Part shown: positions 1 to 8,703 of the stretch, one piece after another | Layout: the number at the start of each line of letters is the position of its first letter | How positions within the stretch are numbered: position 1 is the stretch's first letter | Source of the DNA: a virus | Taxonomy: Duplodnaviria; Caudoviricetes | DNA length: 64,000 nt | Direction: 5' to 3' (one strand) | Virus record (IMG/VR): IMGVR_UViG_3300032295_002982 | Location: 20,266 to 84,265 of that record | Position numbers and translations under genes: made by a program | The notes under the pieces: model-generated | What the model saw: the letters and a program-made list of their open reading frames with translations, nothing else | What the model was told of the DNA's origin: nothing | Database searches by the model: none

Positions 1-1
1 C

Positions 2-397
2 AATCTCATTGCAGGCACTGTGGGCGAAGGTCTAGCTGTGAAGTTCATGCAGCATCGCAAGGTGGCAGCTCGTATGCCGCGTCCTGAGGACATCCTCAGC
101 GGCAAAGTCAAAGATCTGGACATCAAAGAAGTTTCAGCCATGTACTCGTTGGTGATTTCCATGTGCTACGAGCTCAAGGCGGCAGTGGAGAACAAGGTTG
201 ATGACAAACAGTTTCATGACATGGCCGATAACTTCCTGGGCTATATGATGAAGAACTTTGAGACAGAACTCACTGTGATGGGGGCTCGTATTGCGCTGAC
301 AACATACAACCTCCCGTTCTTGCCCACCAAGCTCAAGAACTTCAACGAGTTCCACCAGCGTTTTGGCAAGTACATCCTGCAGGCAGCTGCCAACTAA
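2..397 (+). CDS. C-terminal part of a MoxR-like AAA+ ATPase (5' truncated by the window edge)
   Basis: Frame is open from base 2 (NLIAGTVGEGLAVKFMQHRK...). It resembles the helical C-terminus of phage MoxR-type ATPases, and a peptidase-vWA gene lies 1.6 kb downstream. The Walker motifs are outside the window. Confidence 0.55.
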   Translation, partial: NLIAGTVGEGLAVKFMQHRKVAARMPRPEDILSGKVKDLDIKEVSAMYSLVISMCYELKAAVENKVDDKQFHDMADNFLGYMMKNFETELTVMGARIALTTYNLPFLPTKLKNFNEFHQRFGKYILQAAAN

Positions 398-404
398 CCA
401 ACCA

Positions 405-431
405 GGGACTGCTTCGGCAGTCCCTTTTTTT
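405..431 (+). terminator. Rho-independent terminator
   Basis: GGGACTGC-TTCG-GCAGTCCC followed by a T7 run, just after the ATPase stop. Confidence 0.9.
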
Positions 432-434
432 GCC

Positions 435-752
435 ATGCACTATCGAGTGATTCACACCGATCGACGCCACAACTGGCATCGGCACTTTAGATACATCATT
501 GAATTTGTGCCCAACTATCCCGGCAGTGGTGTCTTGGATTTTGATCGCGCCCTTAAGTGGTTCAATCGTACCTGGGGATGGAGCACCGACGTAGACTTGG
601 CCATGCGGGTAAAGGAAAGTGCCGACATGATAGAACTGGGTCAACAGATCAATCCACACTGGGCCTACAGTGGACAATATCGCAAGTATCGCATCTATGT
701 TCAAGGCGACCAAGAGCTTGCAATGTTTCAGTTGGTGCACAGTGGTACCTAG
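435..752 (+). CDS. Hypothetical protein, small aromatic-rich phage family
   Basis: ATG at 435, just after the terminator (the longer 363 start runs through the hairpin). Ends RIYVQGDQELAMFQLVHSGT. Confidence 0.7.
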   Translation: MHYRVIHTDRRHNWHRHFRYIIEFVPNYPGSGVLDFDRALKWFNRTWGWSTDVDLAMRVKESADMIELGQQINPHWAYSGQYRKYRIYVQGDQELAMFQLVHSGT

Positions 753-1007
753 GTGCACACCATCAAAAACAATCTGTTGATCATGCATCGCCCGGCCGAC
801 TGGGTGGTGCTACAGCACAGGTTGATTCAAGACTACGGCGACAGTATTTCAATCAGCTGGGTATGTCGTCGCAAGCTAGGATTCACTGTTCGCAAACACG
901 AAGCCTGGATTCACGTACAGGGAGGGGCTTATCGTAGAGAACCACAGATTCACCTTGATTTTTTTGACAGCACAGCCCTGAGCTGGTTTGTGCTACGATA
1001 TCTGTGA
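753..1007 (+). CDS. Hypothetical protein, small aromatic-rich phage family
   Basis: GTG start abuts the previous TAG. Ends IHLDFFDSTALSWFVLRYL. Confidence 0.65.
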   Translation: MHTIKNNLLIMHRPADWVVLQHRLIQDYGDSISISWVCRRKLGFTVRKHEAWIHVQGGAYRREPQIHLDFFDSTALSWFVLRYL

Positions 1008-1070
1008 TGTTGCAAAAAAGCAACACTGTAGACCCTGTGTTTTCAATGGTTTTGCGCCTGAATTCGTCGG

Positions 1071-1099
1071 TTGACCTAAATTCGCCATGGCTGTATAAT
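1071..1099 (+). promoter_or_regulatory. sigma70-type early promoter
   Basis: TTGACC-17 nt-TATAAT in an intergenic gap, with an AAGGAG RBS before ATG 1132. Confidence 0.85.
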
Positions 1100-1131
1100 A
1101 TGGGTATAGTGAATAACAAGGAGCATACGAA

Positions 1132-1398
1132 ATGAGAACAGCATTTGAAGGTCTTACTACCAAAGAAATCCGCGAAGTTCGCATGTACGGTTGCACTGAA
1201 GCGCAAATGCGCCAAGCAGTTGAGTCCAGCAGCACTTTCAAGTTCAGCGGTCCTGCAATGGTTGCAGCTGGCATGATGTCGGATGCACAAGAAATGATGG
1301 CTTTCGAACAGCCGGACTTCAATATTATTGAAGATCAGCGTCAACTATTGAACCGTGCTAAATTTGTGCTATTCACTTATGTCATGGACAAGGAGTAA
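1132..1398 (+). CDS. Hypothetical early protein
   Basis: 88 aa ORF with a strong promoter and RBS. Confidence 0.8.
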   Translation: MRTAFEGLTTKEIREVRMYGCTEAQMRQAVESSSTFKFSGPAMVAAGMMSDAQEMMAFEQPDFNIIEDQRQLLNRAKFVLFTYVMDKE

Positions 1399-1402
1399 TA
1401 CA

Positions 1403-1558
1403 TTGGAAGACCAAACTTTGCTTGATTGCCTGTACGAAGAACTTGCTAGCCTTGACGAGCAGGCCGGTTGCTTTGATGAAGTAACTAACCGTTTCATTGA
1501 TGATCAGCGTCGTAAACTTATGACCCAAATTCTTGAATTGGAGACTGCCAATGTTTAA
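1403..1558 (+). CDS. Small acidic hypothetical protein
   Basis: AAGGAG RBS then TTG at 1403; fills the gap between neighbouring genes. Confidence 0.6.
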   Translation: MEDQTLLDCLYEELASLDEQAGCFDEVTNRFIDDQRRKLMTQILELETANV

Positions 1559-1937
1559 TCAAACTGTAAATTTCCGCACTCAAACCAATGGCCGCGGCTA
1601 CTGGAGTTCTACTGCCAAGTTGGTAACCGTCAACCGTGTTCGTCTTGCTTACCTTGATGACGACGGCGAGTTTGGTGAACTTCGTGCCTACTTTGATCCC
1701 AAAGAGTGGAACGTTGACAACGACGGCTTAATTTATACCGACCAGGCTTGGATGTCAAATTTCCGTGAATGGATGAATACCTTGGGCTTCAGCGATGCAG
1801 CCCTTGACGATATTGATTATAGCGAGCAGGGCATGCAGGGCGACAACTATGTGAGCATGGATGTTGGCAGTGACTTCATCCGCGAGTGTGATGCACTGTA
1901 TCGCTTTACGATCAATGGTCAGGCAGTGTCTGCTTGA
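1551..1937 (+). CDS. Hypothetical protein
   Basis: GGAG RBS before ATG 1551; overlaps the previous stop. Confidence 0.75.
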   Translation: MFNQTVNFRTQTNGRGYWSSTAKLVTVNRVRLAYLDDDGEFGELRAYFDPKEWNVDNDGLIYTDQAWMSNFREWMNTLGFSDAALDDIDYSEQGMQGDNYVSMDVGSDFIRECDALYRFTINGQAVSA

Positions 1938-1939
1938 CT

Positions 1940-1968
1940 TTGCTGTAAATTCGCAGGTGTGCTATAAT
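1940..1968 (+). promoter_or_regulatory. sigma70-type promoter with extended -10
   Basis: TTGCTG-17 nt-TATAAT with TG at the extended -10 position; AAAGGA RBS before ATG 1992. Confidence 0.75.
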
Positions 1969-1991
1969 TACAAAAACGTTGAAAGGACACT

Positions 1992-3269
1992 ATGACTGCC
2001 CAAACTACTGCAAACAAAAAAGAATCTGACAAGTTCAAGGACCTTATTGGTCCCATGGACAGTGCGCTAGACCGTGTTGTGCGAGAGAAATTGATCACTG
2101 CTCGTGTGGGTCTCTTGCTGCGGGCAAGCTTTTTTGGCAACCTAGCCACGCGATTGAAACTGGTCAATGCTGACGAATGGTGCGGTACCGCAGCCACTGA
2201 CGGCAGAAACTTTTACTACAACAGTCGTTTCGTAAACATGCTCAAGCCCAAAGAAATTGAATTCCTGTTTGGGCACGAAGTGTTGCACTGTGTGTATGAC
2301 CATTTTGGTCGTCGCAGCGAGCGTGATCCCATGCTGTGGAACATTGCCAATGACTTTGCGGTGAACTCTGACCTCCGCAAACACGGCGTGGGCGAATTCA
2401 TAACCACAGTGCCTTGCTTGTTTGATCGCAAGTACGACGGCATGAGTTCAGAAGAGATCTATGATGATCTCTACGAGAACGCAGAAAAGATCGACATCAG
2501 CCAGTTGATTGATCGCATGATTGACGAGCACATGGATGGCGACGAAGAAGGTGAAGGCAACGGCAATGGCACCGAAGGCGATGGCAAAGGCCGTCCCCGA
2601 CTCAGTGCAGAAGAACGTGCCAAGATCCGTGATGAGATCAAAGAAGCCATGCTGGCGGCAGCACAGACAGCAGACGGTGCCGGCAATATTCCAGCCGGTG
2701 TGCGTAGACTGATTCAACAGCTCACAGAGCCCAAGATGAACTGGCGAGAGCTGTTACGCCAGCAGCTGGAGAGTACCATCAAGTCAGACTTTACCTGGAT
2801 GCGAGCAAGTCGTCGAGGCTGGCACATGGATGCTGTGATGCCGGGCATGAAGCTGGATCCCATGATTGACATTTGTGTGGCCATTGATGCATCAGGCTCC
2901 ATGGACGATGACATGCTCAAAGACATCCTGGGCGAAGTTCAAGGCATTATGGACACATTCCCGGCATTTCGAATTCATGTCATGAGCTTTGACACTGAAG
3001 TGTACAATCCACAACAGTACAACTCAGAGAATCTTGACAGCATCACCAGCTATGAAATACAGGGTGGTGGCGGCACTGACTTCAGTTGTGTGTTTGACTA
3101 TCTCAAAGCCGAAGAAATTGAGCCCAAGCGACTGGTGATGTTCACAGATGGCTACTGCGATCGGTGGGGCGATCCTGACTACTGCGACACAGTGTGGGTG
3201 ATTCACAGCAACCCACATCTGGACTCTGTGCCGTTTGGTACTTTTGCGCACTATGAAGAGCAAGACTAA
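1992..3269 (+). CDS. Metallopeptidase-vWA fusion protein (DUF2201-like), probable MoxR ATPase partner
   Basis: TAATDG and HEVLH (HExxH) motifs at the N-terminus, an acidic/Gly linker, then vWA motifs DASGS (MIDAS), GGGGTDF and FTDG. Confidence 0.85.
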   Translation: MTAQTTANKKESDKFKDLIGPMDSALDRVVREKLITARVGLLLRASFFGNLATRLKLVNADEWCGTAATDGRNFYYNSRFVNMLKPKEIEFLFGHEVLHCVYDHFGRRSERDPMLWNIANDFAVNSDLRKHGVGEFITTVPCLFDRKYDGMSSEEIYDDLYENAEKIDISQLIDRMIDEHMDGDEEGEGNGNGTEGDGKGRPRLSAEERAKIRDEIKEAMLAAAQTADGAGNIPAGVRRLIQQLTEPKMNWRELLRQQLESTIKSDFTWMRASRRGWHMDAVMPGMKLDPMIDICVAIDASGSMDDDMLKDILGEVQGIMDTFPAFRIHVMSFDTEVYNPQQYNSENLDSITSYEIQGGGGTDFSCVFDYLKAEEIEPKRLVMFTDGYCDRWGDPDYCDTVWVIHSNPHLDSVPFGTFAHYEEQD

Positions 3270-3303
3270 TCTACGTTTTTCACCTGGACGGCGGGATGGC
3301 AGC

Positions 3304-3510
3304 ATGTACTACACAGTGCTGGTGCTATCTCAGCCATTTTACGGCGACAATCCTGAGTGGGACAACATGATGTCCTGGTGTGTTGAAAACTTCGGCCCGA
3401 CTTCGCATGTCACTGTGGGCGAACCTGCTCAGCGTTGGTATGTAAACAACACTCGCTTTTGGTTTCGTGATCAACAGGATTTTGAGTGGTTCTCTTTGAA
3501 GTGGCTATAG
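3304..3510 (+). CDS. Hypothetical protein, small aromatic-rich phage family
   Basis: Contains WCVENFGP and QRWY; ends RFWFRDQQDFEWFSLKWL. Confidence 0.7.
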   Translation: MYYTVLVLSQPFYGDNPEWDNMMSWCVENFGPTSHVTVGEPAQRWYVNNTRFWFRDQQDFEWFSLKWL

Positions 3511-3533
3511 TCAATCTTGCCAATTTGCTCCTC

Positions 3534-3567
3534 AATGCTGCAAAAAAGAATTTGCAGCATTTTTTTT
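3534..3567 (+). terminator. Rho-independent terminator
   Basis: AATGCTGCAAA-aaagaa-TTTGCAGCATT followed by a T run. Confidence 0.75.
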
Positions 3568-3582
3568 GACTTAAATATCTGC

Positions 3583-3777
3583 ATGGACAATACACAACTC
3601 ACCATTGCCGACATGGCATCACTCAAGACACTGATCGAAGCTGCCTGCACTCGTGGTGCTTTCCGCGCTCAGGAAATGAGCACAGTGGGACCAATCTATG
3701 ACAAACTGACTCGATTTATCGAGTACACTTCAGCACAAGTTGCTGGCAAGGCACCAAGAGGAGAAGAAAATGCTTAA
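3583..3777 (+). CDS. Hypothetical protein
   Basis: ATG 3583 follows a CTTAAATA late-promoter-like motif (3570-3577); overlaps the next start. Confidence 0.7.
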   Translation: MDNTQLTIADMASLKTLIEAACTRGAFRAQEMSTVGPIYDKLTRFIEYTSAQVAGKAPRGEENA

Positions 3778-4492
3778 ACATATCGGACGCCACGGAGACA
3801 GAAAAGTGGCATTGCTGTGGCGTGAAGTCCCAGGCGAAGACCACATGTGTCTAGTGGTTTACCCAGAAACATTGCCCACACATATTCACAACAGTATCAT
3901 GGCCACACTGGAGAGCCCGCCCGGTCAGGCTGCTACCACCTTGGCCGAAGTTTTACACAGAAATTATTTGCCAGACGGTAGAGTACAACTCACTGCCCTG
4001 CATCAAGAAGGCATGATCAAAAAGATACCTACCAACCAGGTCATAGTCACGCCCAACGCTCAAAGTTCTGTAAAGCTTGACGAGCTAAATCGCATCCTCA
4101 AGGAAATGGAAACTGGTGAAGCTGCACGTCAGCGCATGCAGGCCATCGACGAGGCCACAGGCATTGTGGATCCTGCGGTGAAGCGCAAGGCCGAAGCTGA
4201 ATTCAAGCGTCAACAAGAACGTGGGACACCACCTCCGGTGCCCAACATCGCAGCCGGTCCCAACGGTGCATTGGATGATCAGAGTCTGGCCATGAACATG
4301 CTGGCACAGGCCAAACGCATGGAATCTGAAGCAGAAGGCATGATAAAAGAAGCAGCTCGCATGAAAAAAGACGCAGAACGCATGTACCCTGGTGTAGTGC
4401 CTGGCACATCCGAGGCTCAAGCCAAACCAGTGGCCACCAAAACCACTCGCGGTCGTCCCAAAAAAGCGGTGGCTGAAAATGCCGCTGAATGA
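3770..4492 (+). CDS. Hypothetical protein with helical/coiled-coil C-terminal half
   Basis: GGAG RBS before ATG 3770 (MLKHIGRHGDRK...); 240 aa. Confidence 0.8.
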   Translation: MLKHIGRHGDRKVALLWREVPGEDHMCLVVYPETLPTHIHNSIMATLESPPGQAATTLAEVLHRNYLPDGRVQLTALHQEGMIKKIPTNQVIVTPNAQSSVKLDELNRILKEMETGEAARQRMQAIDEATGIVDPAVKRKAEAEFKRQQERGTPPPVPNIAAGPNGALDDQSLAMNMLAQAKRMESEAEGMIKEAARMKKDAERMYPGVVPGTSEAQAKPVATKTTRGRPKKAVAENAAE

Positions 4493-4781
4493 AAATTTCA
4501 TTGCGATGTGGGAACACATCATTGAAGAAGTCAACAAAACTGATGTGCCACTGGAATGTATCAAAAAAATGGTGATCAAACTGCATGGCAAAAAACAGCG
4601 CACATTGAATCTTGATGTGTTGCGTAAACAGGGCCTGGACAATGAACAATTGGAGGCTGTTGTAAACAAAACATTTCATGAACTCAATGACGAAATACGC
4701 GATGTTGAGTTTGTGGTTGATGTCAATGCCGTGGCACAACTGGTGCAGCCAGAAACTGATCGATTGTTGAACGGTCTTTGA
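4479..4781 (+). CDS. Hypothetical protein
   Basis: 100 aa ORF overlapping the previous stop and followed by a terminator. Confidence 0.75.
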   Translation: MPLNENFIAMWEHIIEEVNKTDVPLECIKKMVIKLHGKKQRTLNLDVLRKQGLDNEQLEAVVNKTFHELNDEIRDVEFVVDVNAVAQLVQPETDRLLNGL

Positions 4782-4785
4782 AACA

Positions 4786-4806
4786 GGGTGCATAGCACCC
4801 TTTTTT
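4786..4806 (+). terminator. Rho-independent terminator
   Basis: GGGTGC-ATA-GCACCC followed by T6. Confidence 0.75.
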
Positions 4807-4807
4807 A

Positions 4808-4836
4808 TTGACCACAGTCAATATCTGTGTTACAAT
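4808..4836 (+). promoter_or_regulatory. sigma70-type promoter for thyX (probably leaderless)
   Basis: TTGACC-17 nt-TACAAT; the ATG lies 6 nt after the -10 box and there is no RBS. Confidence 0.8.
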
Positions 4837-4842
4837 AATCCT

Positions 4843-5529
4843 ATGCAAGTACGTTTACTATCTTATAGCCAACCCACATCAGAGTTTGCGGCGCAAGGCA
4901 TTGCTGATGCGCAGGAACTCATTGCCTACTGCGCAAGAGTCAGCAATCCCAGCAATCAGCTCAATACAGAGACATCCCAACGTCTGATCCGATACCTGAT
5001 CAAACATCAACATTGGTCGCCCTTGGAGATGGTGAGTGCATGTCTGGAGATCACTACCACTCGAGACATTGCTAGACAAATTCTACGACATCGCAGTTTC
5101 AGTTTTCAAGAATTCAGTCAACGCTATGCGGATCCCACACAGGATCTTGATTTTGTCACACGCGAAGCTCGACTACAAGACACTGCCAATAGACAAAACA
5201 GTATAGAACTAGACCTTGCCCATGACCTTGATGCTAGAGAACTCAATCGCGAATGGTATCAGCGTCAGTTGGATGTGATCAAGGCAGCACGTGAAACCTA
5301 TACCTGGGCTGTAAACAACGGCATTGCCAAAGAGCAGGCTCGTGCAGTGCTGCCCGAAGGACTCATGAGCAGTCGTTTGTACATGAATGGCACTCTACGT
5401 AGCTGGATACATTTCATAGAACTGCGCAGTGGCAATGGCACCCAACGCGAACATCAGCAAGTGGCTGTGGCCTGTGCCAATGTCATTGCAGCAATTTTTC
5501 CCATGGCTGTTGAGTTGACTTCGGCCTAA
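4843..5529 (+). CDS. thyX: Flavin-dependent thymidylate synthase
   Basis: ThyX signature RHRSFSFQEFSQRY, plus HWSPLE, AKEQARAVLP and LRSWIHF. Confidence 0.95.
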   Translation: MQVRLLSYSQPTSEFAAQGIADAQELIAYCARVSNPSNQLNTETSQRLIRYLIKHQHWSPLEMVSACLEITTTRDIARQILRHRSFSFQEFSQRYADPTQDLDFVTREARLQDTANRQNSIELDLAHDLDARELNREWYQRQLDVIKAARETYTWAVNNGIAKEQARAVLPEGLMSSRLYMNGTLRSWIHFIELRSGNGTQREHQQVAVACANVIAAIFPMAVELTSA

Positions 5530-5530
5530 C

Positions 5531-5767
5531 ATGCCACGAGTCAAGGTCCATGAATTCAATCTGGGCGATGTTGAGGATCCAGATTTGTATGTAGCAGCAC
5601 CAATTATGGAATGGCAAAACACCGAAGTGGGTCAATGGGTCATGCAACATTCCAGTGACACTGTGTTTCAGCGCCACAACAATCCCTTGGTTTGGGGTTA
5701 CACCTACAGTATTGTTGCGGATTTGTCTGATCAAGACGCTGTGTTCTTTGCATTAAAATGGCAATAA
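5531..5767 (+). CDS. Hypothetical protein, small aromatic-rich phage family
   Basis: Ends YSIVADLSDQDAVFFALKWQ. Confidence 0.7.
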   Translation: MPRVKVHEFNLGDVEDPDLYVAAPIMEWQNTEVGQWVMQHSSDTVFQRHNNPLVWGYTYSIVADLSDQDAVFFALKWQ

Positions 5768-5777
5768 TTGTTAGAAT
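5748..5777 (+). promoter_or_regulatory. Possible sigma70-type promoter for the sugar-synthesis genes
   Basis: TTGCAT-18 nt-TAGAAT with extended -10 TG, 10 nt before ATG 5788. Confidence 0.45.
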
Positions 5778-5787
5778 AGGATCAAGC

Positions 5788-6786
5788 ATGAAATTTTTAG
5801 TTACTGGTGGTTACGGTTTGATTGGACACAATGTTGTTCAGCGTCTCAAACAGCAAGATTATGAAGTCAAGATCATTGACAACATGACCAATTATGGTAT
5901 CATTCCACAGAGCGAACTCAACTACCTAATGAGTGAGCGCATGAAGAAACTCAATCACCACGAGTTTTTCCGCGCCAGTATTGAAGAAGGCAATGTGGTT
6001 GACTACATCATGGAAAAAACACAGCCAGAAGTTGTGATTCACTGTGCCAGTTTCCCAAGACAAAAAGTCGTCAACGCTAATCCTGCACACGGTGCTCAGG
6101 TCATGATGGAAGGCTTGATCAATCTCCTGGAGGCTGCAAAGAAACACAAGGTGCAACGTTTTGTGTACATCAGTTCCAGCATGGTGTATGGAGACTTTGA
6201 AGATCAAGTGTTAGAGGATGACGAATGTAATCCACAGGGACAGTACGGTGTCATGAAACTGGCTGGCGAATGGCTGGTGAAAGACTATGCGCGGCGCACT
6301 GGTATGGAATATGTTATCATAAGACCCAGTGCTGTGTATGGTCCTCTAGATGTGGAAGACCGTGTGGTTGCCAAGTTCATGCTGGCAGCCATGCGTGGCG
6401 ATGTACTCAAGGTAAACGGTGCTCAAGAAACCCTGGACTTCACCTACGTTGACGATGCAGCTGACGGCATTGTGGCTGCTGCTACATTGATCATGGCTCG
6501 CAACAACACCTACAACATCACCAAGAGTCACAGTGTGAGTCTGTTACAGGCAGCAGAAATGATTGTTGACATGGTAGGCTCTGGCACAGTGGAAGTGCGT
6601 GACAAAGATGCAGACTTCCCCAGCCGTGGTGCTCTCAACATTGATCGAGCCCGGCGTATCCTGTTTTATGATCCCAAGGTAGACGTTGAGGAAGGTTTCC
6701 AACGCTACTATGATTGGCTCAAGGACAGTCCTTATTGGAACAAACATGCAAATACCCTTCACCAATCTACATCAGCAGTATCTTGA
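5788..6786 (+). CDS. NAD-dependent nucleotide-sugar epimerase/dehydratase (extended SDR)
   Basis: TGGYGLIG Rossmann motif, ISSSMVYG, YGVMK (YxxxK), RPSAVYGP, LDFTYVDD. Confidence 0.92.
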   Translation: MKFLVTGGYGLIGHNVVQRLKQQDYEVKIIDNMTNYGIIPQSELNYLMSERMKKLNHHEFFRASIEEGNVVDYIMEKTQPEVVIHCASFPRQKVVNANPAHGAQVMMEGLINLLEAAKKHKVQRFVYISSSMVYGDFEDQVLEDDECNPQGQYGVMKLAGEWLVKDYARRTGMEYVIIRPSAVYGPLDVEDRVVAKFMLAAMRGDVLKVNGAQETLDFTYVDDAADGIVAAATLIMARNNTYNITKSHSVSLLQAAEMIVDMVGSGTVEVRDKDADFPSRGALNIDRARRILFYDPKVDVEEGFQRYYDWLKDSPYWNKHANTLHQSTSAVS

Positions 6787-7831
6787 TTGTCAGCCAGAAA
6801 TAGATCAGGCCATTGCTGACACAATTGCTAGCACCAGTTTTATCACTGGTCCTGATGTCACACGATTTGAAACTGCCTTTGCTGACTATGTGGGAGCCGA
6901 AGACTGTGCTGCCACTGGCTCTGGTACCACTGCTCTAATTTGTGCTCTGCGAGCCTTGGGCATTGGCCCTGGCGACAAGGTATTGACCACTCCGCACACT
7001 TTTGTTGCTACCACAGAAGCCATTGTGGTGGCAGGTGCTGAACCTGTGTTTGTTGACATTGATCCAGACACACATCTAATAGATCTAGATGATCTCGAAC
7101 GCAAGATAACTCTAGAATGTCGTGCGGTGTTGTTTGTAGACATCTATGGGCAATGCCCCGATCTTGTGAGGCTCAACGATATCTGTACTCGTCATGACTT
7201 GGCCATGATTGAAGATGCTGCGCACAGCATTGGCAACACATTCAATGGTAGGCCCGTGGGTAGTATTGCTGATATTACTTGTTTCAGTTTTAATCCTGTA
7301 AAAAATCTAGGTGCAATGGGCGATGCAGGCTGCTGCACTGGCAGTCGTCGACACATGGAACAGGTGAGAAAATTTAGAGATCACGGACGCACCGGACGCT
7401 ATGACATTGTGGACATTGGTTACAATGCCAGAATTGACAACCTGCAGAGCAACATTGTGTTGGCCAAACTACCACAATTGTCTGCATGGTTGGAACGCAA
7501 GCGCACCATATGTGCCTACTACGACCACAGGTTCAATGACGTGGTTAAAACTGTGCGTCGTGAATCAGGCAACAGTCACAGCTATTATGTGTATGTGATA
7601 CAGACCGAACAGCGTGATCAGCTGCGAGCTTTTCTGGAAAGTCGCGGTATTGGTACCAACATTCACTATGCAACTACCACGCACTTGCAGCCGGCCTATC
7701 AACGCTGGAGCACACCGTGTCCGGTGGCCGAACGCACTGTGCAAGAAATTTTGAGTCTGCCGTGTTGGTACAGCATGAGTGATGACCAAGTTGACTGTGT
7801 GGCTGACACCGTTGTGGAGTTCTTTGCATGA
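6746..7831 (+). CDS. DegT/DnrJ/EryC1/StrS PLP-dependent sugar aminotransferase
   Basis: IEDAAH, SFNPVKNLGAMGDAG (PLP lysine), GYNARID, LSLP. Start taken at MQIPF (6746). Confidence 0.93.
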   Translation: MQIPFTNLHQQYLDCQPEIDQAIADTIASTSFITGPDVTRFETAFADYVGAEDCAATGSGTTALICALRALGIGPGDKVLTTPHTFVATTEAIVVAGAEPVFVDIDPDTHLIDLDDLERKITLECRAVLFVDIYGQCPDLVRLNDICTRHDLAMIEDAAHSIGNTFNGRPVGSIADITCFSFNPVKNLGAMGDAGCCTGSRRHMEQVRKFRDHGRTGRYDIVDIGYNARIDNLQSNIVLAKLPQLSAWLERKRTICAYYDHRFNDVVKTVRRESGNSHSYYVYVIQTEQRDQLRAFLESRGIGTNIHYATTTHLQPAYQRWSTPCPVAERTVQEILSLPCWYSMSDDQVDCVADTVVEFFA

Positions 7832-8703
7832 ACATGTGGCTGGTAGGTGCTGGATATTGGGGCTCGCGCCTGGCACAAGATCTTGAGTTGCTGGGTGTGA
7901 CACCGCGCATCATTGACATCAAGAACGATCAAAGCATTGACGATATTGATACTCTAGATCCTGTGATGCTGGCCACTCCACTGTGGGAACACCACTCACA
8001 GGTGTGTGAGTTACTGCAACGTGGGCACGATGTGTACGTGGAAAAGCCCATGGCAGAAACTCATGACCAAATCTGCCAAATCAAAAAATGTCTTGGTGCG
8101 GATCAACTGCTGATGGTGGGACATTTGTTCATACATCATCCGCAAATGGATGAAATCAAATCCTTGATTGCCACCAACGAAATTGGAGACCTACAACATA
8201 TCAGCAGTCGCAGATTGAACTGGGGCATCTATCAAACCAAGACAGATCCTGTGTTGAGCTTGGCAGTGCATGACATCAGTATTGTCATGGAATTCCTTGA
8301 TCAGCCCATACACTGTGTGCAAGTCAACTCCTGGAATTACAGCAACAATTCTCAAGCTGATCGCGTGTGGTTTTCAGGCAAGGCCGGTATCACATTTGAT
8401 GTTGATGTGAGTTGGGCATGGCCTGTGCGAACAAGACAAACTGTGTTTGTTGGAACATCAGGACAAATTGTTTGGGACCAAGATGCCAACACTGTGACTG
8501 TGTACAAAAACACCGTGCAAAATTCACGTGCGGTGGCCGATCCTGCACCTAGAGTGATTGCATACAGTTATGAGCTCACTCCTTTGCAGGTAGAACTGCG
8601 GCACTGGTTGGATTGTTTGCGCACACGTCAACAGCCTCGCACCGGCATCGCTGCTGCCGAAGCAGTGGCCAACTTAGTTGACCAGATCAAGACTTTAATC
8701 TAG
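7828..8703 (+). CDS. Gfo/Idh/MocA family oxidoreductase
   Basis: VGAGYWG, HDVYVEKPM, LMVGHLF, LAVHDISI; ATGA-coupled to the aminotransferase. Confidence 0.9.
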   Translation: MNMWLVGAGYWGSRLAQDLELLGVTPRIIDIKNDQSIDDIDTLDPVMLATPLWEHHSQVCELLQRGHDVYVEKPMAETHDQICQIKKCLGADQLLMVGHLFIHHPQMDEIKSLIATNEIGDLQHISSRRLNWGIYQTKTDPVLSLAVHDISIVMEFLDQPIHCVQVNSWNYSNNSQADRVWFSGKAGITFDVDVSWAWPVRTRQTVFVGTSGQIVWDQDANTVTVYKNTVQNSRAVADPAPRVIAYSYELTPLQVELRHWLDCLRTRQQPRTGIAAAEAVANLVDQIKTLI

